A stretch of 24,845 bases of DNA from Fistulifera solaris (taxonomy: Eukaryota): contig AP026129.1 of the NCBI GenBank assembly GCA_030295235.1, forward strand, positions 1,364,001 through 1,388,845, written 5' to 3'. Shown here in pieces: positions 20,331 to 24,845 of this stretch; positions within the stretch are counted from its first letter, which is position 1; every line of letters begins with the position of its first letter. Position numbers and translations under genes: made by a program. A model generated the notes under the pieces. That model searched no databases, was not told the DNA's origin, and saw nothing but the letters and a program-made list of their open reading frames with translations.

Positions 20331-23300
20331 CTAATAACTGCCCTGTGGCTGGAACGTCGTTGCGGTGGACTCTTCACCCAGCATCGTGGAAAGGGCTTGA
20401 ATCACTAACGGATCTGCAGCGTACATGCGAATCCGTTCACTGGTTACCGGCATCCGCATTTCAAAATACTGGTCGTCGTTCAGATTTGATTTGCGTGCGA
20501 CAGTCAAAGCATCCTTAATGGCGTAAAAGACCTGTGGAAAAAGAACAAACGTTTCAGCAAGCGGAGTGTCAAAAAATCAACAAACGGCCAACTATCCTGA
20601 ACTCACGGATGTTCCCAAAACAAATGGCGGTTCACCGACTGCTTTGCTGCTGTGAACCGCAAACGGATATCAACATTCTCGAGAAGCGAAACATTGAAAA
20701 CTTCTGGAACATCATTGAAGGCAGGTATCTTGTAGGTTCCGGGTCCGGCTGTAAATACGGTACCCCGAGGACCACACCACGTATGGTCGTCGTCCGAGTA
20801 AATGACTTCTTCCATCGTACTCCAACCCATTCCCTGAATAAATGCACCTTCAATCTGGCCGATATCGATGGCTGGGTTGATACTAGATCCGACGTCCACC
20901 AGCACATCAGCGCGAAGCGTTTGTAGTTACCAGTCAGTAGGTCGAGTTCTACTTCTGCACAAGCAACGCCTTGCGTGAAACTGTTAACAAGCAGAAAACA
21001 ATTTGAGATGATCAAATCGAAAGGAGAACAAGTATCCGTGGTCTTCTTCTACTTACTAGTTGAAGGGATGCCCTTTCCACGAGTTCTCGGGTGCGTCTTC
21101 AGGAAAGTCCTCGGGCTTGTTTTTGGTCCAATCAAACCCACATCTACTAGTGTCAAGCGCGAAGAAACCGTGAGCGGAAAGATCGATCCTTTCCATGTGA
21201 GCAGCCAAAGCAACTTCTTTGAGCGTTGCGTCAGGACCAAGCTTATCCTGAATGGGTTTAATTCGTGCAATAATCTGGCGACAAGCGTCCAAGGTTGCCA
21301 TGCCGTACATGTCTGTCGACATGGACGCCGCAGTAGGAATAGCATTTGGAACTTTGTCGCTGCTGCTATCATTCGTAGACATTTTCCAGCGGTATTCCAA
21401 AAGCTTGTGCCGCGACTTGACAGACCTTCGTGTGAAGACCTTGTCCCATTTCCGTTCCTCCGTGACTCACTAAGACAGTACCGTCTGTATACAAGTGAAC
21501 TAACGCCCCTCCCTGGTTCATGAACTTCGCAGTAAACGCGATTCCGAATTTCGTTGGCAACACGGCAAGTCCGCGCTTGACCCATTTGTGTTTGGCATTA
21601 AAAGCGTCGATTTCCTTGCGACGTTCAACGACGTTTGTTCCCTAAAAATCCGATCCCACATGGATGGCACATTCCATTTTCCGAGAATTGTTCTCCAATT
21701 ATCATGCCAAAATGCATGTGTTGACCAATTTCATAGAAGTTATCTTTGCGTATCTTGTCGCCGGGGTACTTTGCATGCTGTCGCAAGGTGGTCGATCACA
21801 TGTTCAGCAACAACCTGAAGAAGATGGCAATCAAGGTTGAGTTAAAAAAATTAACGCTGCGACATCAAGTTAAACACAGTTTCTTACCATGCCTTGGGGA
21901 CCCTATATTTGAAAATAGCATTTGGAGAAAATTGAGAAATGATATTGTGTAAGACAGTAACAGCAGAAGGTCAACGTATTTACTACTTACCCCAAAGCCT
22001 CGAAATGCTGTGTGGGGCGGCTGAACGGTCTTGCAAGGTACACCCTCAATCCTAAAGCGCGATAGATGTGTGAGTGACGAAAAATAAGAAAACAGTAATT
22101 TCGAATACAAAGTATGATCTCACCTGAAATTGGGATAGTAATAGCATCCGTCTACGTGAAGAGAGCTCGATCCATCACTGGACTGGATAAGTCCAAGCCG
22201 ACCAGCATTGTTGAATAGTTTCGCATCAAAAGCGACAAGCTTTACACCAGTCTCCGTAACTTCGGCGCTGGCTGAGTAATAGGTAATAAAACAGTGACGA
22301 GTGCCTGTCGTCTCTGTCAACAAGGGAACACAGTTGAGTGAGCGGTGTGAATATCGCGAACTTTATTCATATTGCACTTACTCATGTCAACGTCACGTCC
22401 TAATGTCAAGCGAACAGGTCGATTGGATACCTTGGCTGCGACAGCCGCAGCGCAAGAAGCAAAGACGCTCCTCGTTTCCTTTCCTCCAAAGCCGCCACCC
22501 ATGCGCTTCATACGTACTACGACCTTATTGGCTGGCGTGCCAGTTGCGGATGCAGCGAACATTTGTGTTTTATTGGTTGCTTGGGTGGAGCAATAAATCG
22601 TCAAATCATTTTCCGAGGGGATGCACAAACTACAGTTAGTTTCCAAATAAAAATGCTCCTGGGCACCCGACTTGAAAACACCCGAAACTTTAACAATGTC
22701 TCCGACCTTCGGTTCCCCTTTGAAATCCTCTGTGGTGGCCAAACTGTTAAGAACGGTTATATCACCACGTTCAAGTCCGTGACGTCCAATTTCGTAAAAA
22801 CTTCCCGCTTCAATCGCATCTTCAATAGAAACGATTATCTTCTTAGAACCAGCCGCGCCGTATTCAATCTTGCAACTACGGGCACCCAGTTCAGCACTAT
22901 CCAGAGTTTCGGCGACGACGATAGCGAGAACCTGCCCGACCATTCGGATCTCTTCACCCGGCGGAAGGAATACGGTTTCATCCTTGACGACCGGGCCATA
23001 CTCGTTCTTTCCGCCAATTTTGATCAAGTCATCGTAGCCATACACCGCTACAACACCAGGTGTCGAAAGTGCAGGAGCAGCATCCAAAGACTCAAATGTC
23101 ACCCCGCATTGCTTCGCTTGGACCAAATACGCTTGTAGAGAACCCGGGAGGAAGTGGGATATCATCAACGTACACGGCTTCTCCCGTGCAATGAAGAGGG
23201 CCCGACGTAATGCGTGGCCGCTTTGCCCACTTCACCCGCCATTCTTGTTGATTCACTACCCAAGTCCACCCGAGGGCAAGCTTTTATCTTCGAGACCACT

Positions 23301-24763
23301 GGCCACTTTCGGAGCAGGATACGTTTGAACTCCGTGAAATTGGGGCTTTGGTTCATTCAAAAACGTCTTGGCACCACTCCTTTCCTGATCCTCTAAAGTC
23401 GGGGCTGCCGGCACATCGCCAACCAATGCCAACAACGAAGAATCTTCCTTAATCTTTTGTATGTCGGTCTGCAATTCCTCGGCGCACTGCAAGTAGAACT
23501 TGTAGAGAAAGGACGCCGCAAGTGACATGCGAAACGCTGCTTGACCACCGGGGACATTCGGTGGGAGCTTGAGCTCGTTCAATAACGTCTCCCGCGCGAC
23601 ATCGAACGTCGCGGCACAAAGAATCGGCACCGATCAACACAGCAGCCGTTTGACTCGCCATGACGGTCGCGGGAGCCATGCCTCAAACGCCAATGCCGCG
23701 TCTTCAATTTTGTACTTTCCACTTTGAACCTGTAACTTGATGCGCATCGATGCGGTGACAATACTTATGTCATCTTCGCGACAGCGCGCCTGCTTGAATA
23801 GCTTGTAGTACTCCAAAAAGGAGCCATCAAAGGAATCTCGACAGCTCCACAATTTCATTGGGTTTTAAATCGACCGTACGGTATTTTAGGAAGAATTCGG
23901 ACACCCAAATCGTTCGACGCTGAATACTTTCGTCGTCGTCACTGAGCGACGTCAATACGAGTGTCGCACCACTCGCCGCTAGCATCGGGTTCATGTCGGA
24001 AATGGGACTCGCCGTGACCAAGTTTCCTCCCAAACAGGCGACATTGCGAATTTGCGTGGAGGCAAACCATCGGAGCATGTCATGAATGGGCAAAGTCGTA
24101 CGCAACAGACGATCTTGTTGCGACCATTCGTGACATTTCTGTTGAATCGTACTCAACGGAGAACCGCGATCCGATCATCAAACAATTGTCAGCGACTTCC
24201 AATCCGTAGACTTCCGTAATTCGATCCGAAGGACTCACCAACCAGCGGATACCACGGCCTGCTTGAATTCCGTTTCAATGCCCGCCGGTATTTCCGACCA
24301 CAATTTTGCATCCACCCGCAAATTCTTTTAGCAGTGAAAGCAGTTCCAAGAATGTGGTCGGCTTGAACCATGTTCCACCGGCATGATATTCCGTTGTATC
24401 GACGACCATGAGGGATTGTGCCAATTCTTCCGATTCCTCGTTTAACAACTCTGCGGGAAACATTTGATTGGCTTGTTGACTCCATTCGTCCTTGTGTTTC
24501 AGAAAGGTCTCTTGATACACTTGTTGTTTGTCTGTCGACGAGGAGGAACAGCACTTGTCGTTGACATTGCATTCCTGTTGACAAGTGTCGCGTTAGGGAC
24601 ATTCCCGACCGCGGTGTCCCACACGGTCCTGTTACTTCGATAAGTCGCTGCTTGACCGCGCCGCATCCCAAATGGGACGATATCCGGTACAACGACACAA
24701 ATTTCCATCCAAATGTTCTTCCAAATAGTCCATGGAAGGATGATTTGTGAGCAAAGTATAAAT
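20331..24763 (-). pseudogene. XDH: Xanthine dehydrogenase/oxidase, 5'-truncated by the telomere; six introns; many 1-bp indels
   Basis: Starts abruptly [37 protein letters not shown] domain: KIVVGNT, WFASTQIRNVACLGGNLVTASPISD. Moco domain: [73 protein letters not shown]. Ends FQPQGSY-TAG at 20331. GT-AG introns at 20532-20606, 20981-21056, 21815-21887, 21903-21990, 22052-22123 and 22314-22381. Confidence 0.93.
21888..21902 (-). other. 15-nt micro-exon of XDH encoding GPQGM
   Basis: The reverse strand reads ..TTT GGG|gtaagt..atag|GGT CCC CAA GGC ATG|gtaaga..ttcag|GTT GTT GCT GAA. Splicing restores AFRGFG-GPQGM-VVAEH. Confidence 0.85.
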
Positions 24764-24845
24764 GGGTTAGGGTTAGGGTTAGGGTTAGGGTTAGGGTTAG
24801 GGTTAGGGTTAGGGTTAGGGTTAGGGTTAGGGTTAGGGTTAGGGT
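24764..24845 (+). repeat. Telomeric repeat (GGGTTA)n, 82 bp, running to the end of the window
   Basis: Perfect TTAGGG array with the G-rich strand running 5'->3' toward the end, the orientation expected for a right chromosome end. Confidence 0.97.

Noticed and set aside
20270..24708. Numerous plus-strand and off-frame ORFs overlapping XDH (and similar ones over CLC, nadC and the sulfotransferase)
   Set aside because: These are antisense or alternate-frame shadows of real coding sequence with no independent motifs.
8793..24763. nadC, a Mo-hydroxylase and an SDR as a pyridine/nicotinate gene cluster
   Set aside because: The Mo enzyme has typical XDH active-site residues and the genes are separated by unrelated loci, so co-location is probably chance.
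10000..24763. Programmed frameshifting, RNA editing or an alternative genetic code explaining the broken ORFs
   Set aside because: I saw no shared slippery motif at the shift sites, and long standard-code ORFs (CLC, nadC) are intact nearby.

Overview
Eukaryotic chromosome end, probably from a diatom (inferred from compact gene spacing, 68-88 nt GT-AG introns, an RxL pro-peptide and TTAGGG repeats). From left to right it holds: a secreted double-CBM6 mucin-like protein (-); a 2OG-Fe(II) hydroxylase/sulfotransferase fusion (+); an atypical CLC anion transporter (+); quinolinate phosphoribosyltransferase (-); a MYND-finger protein with ~8.5 tandem ~100-aa repeats (+); a 3.76-kb AT-rich block; a 5'-broken secreted protein (+); a KAR/17bHSD-type SDR (+); and a spliced xanthine dehydrogenase (-). 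The AT-rich block is bounded by 178-bp, ~98% identical inverted copies of the 3' end of an RLE-type (CRE-like) non-LTR retroelement. It contains a third, decayed copy and several duplications, one of them hammerhead-like. The most striking observation is that the (GGGTTA)n telomere begins inside an XDH exon, within the 2Fe-2S domain, with no subtelomere. That is what chromosome breakage healed by de novo telomere addition would look like, though an assembly artefact is not excluded. Genes beyond ~10 kb carry many 1-bp indels that look more like long-read consensus errors than decay. All protein assignments come from manual motif recognition, not database searches.
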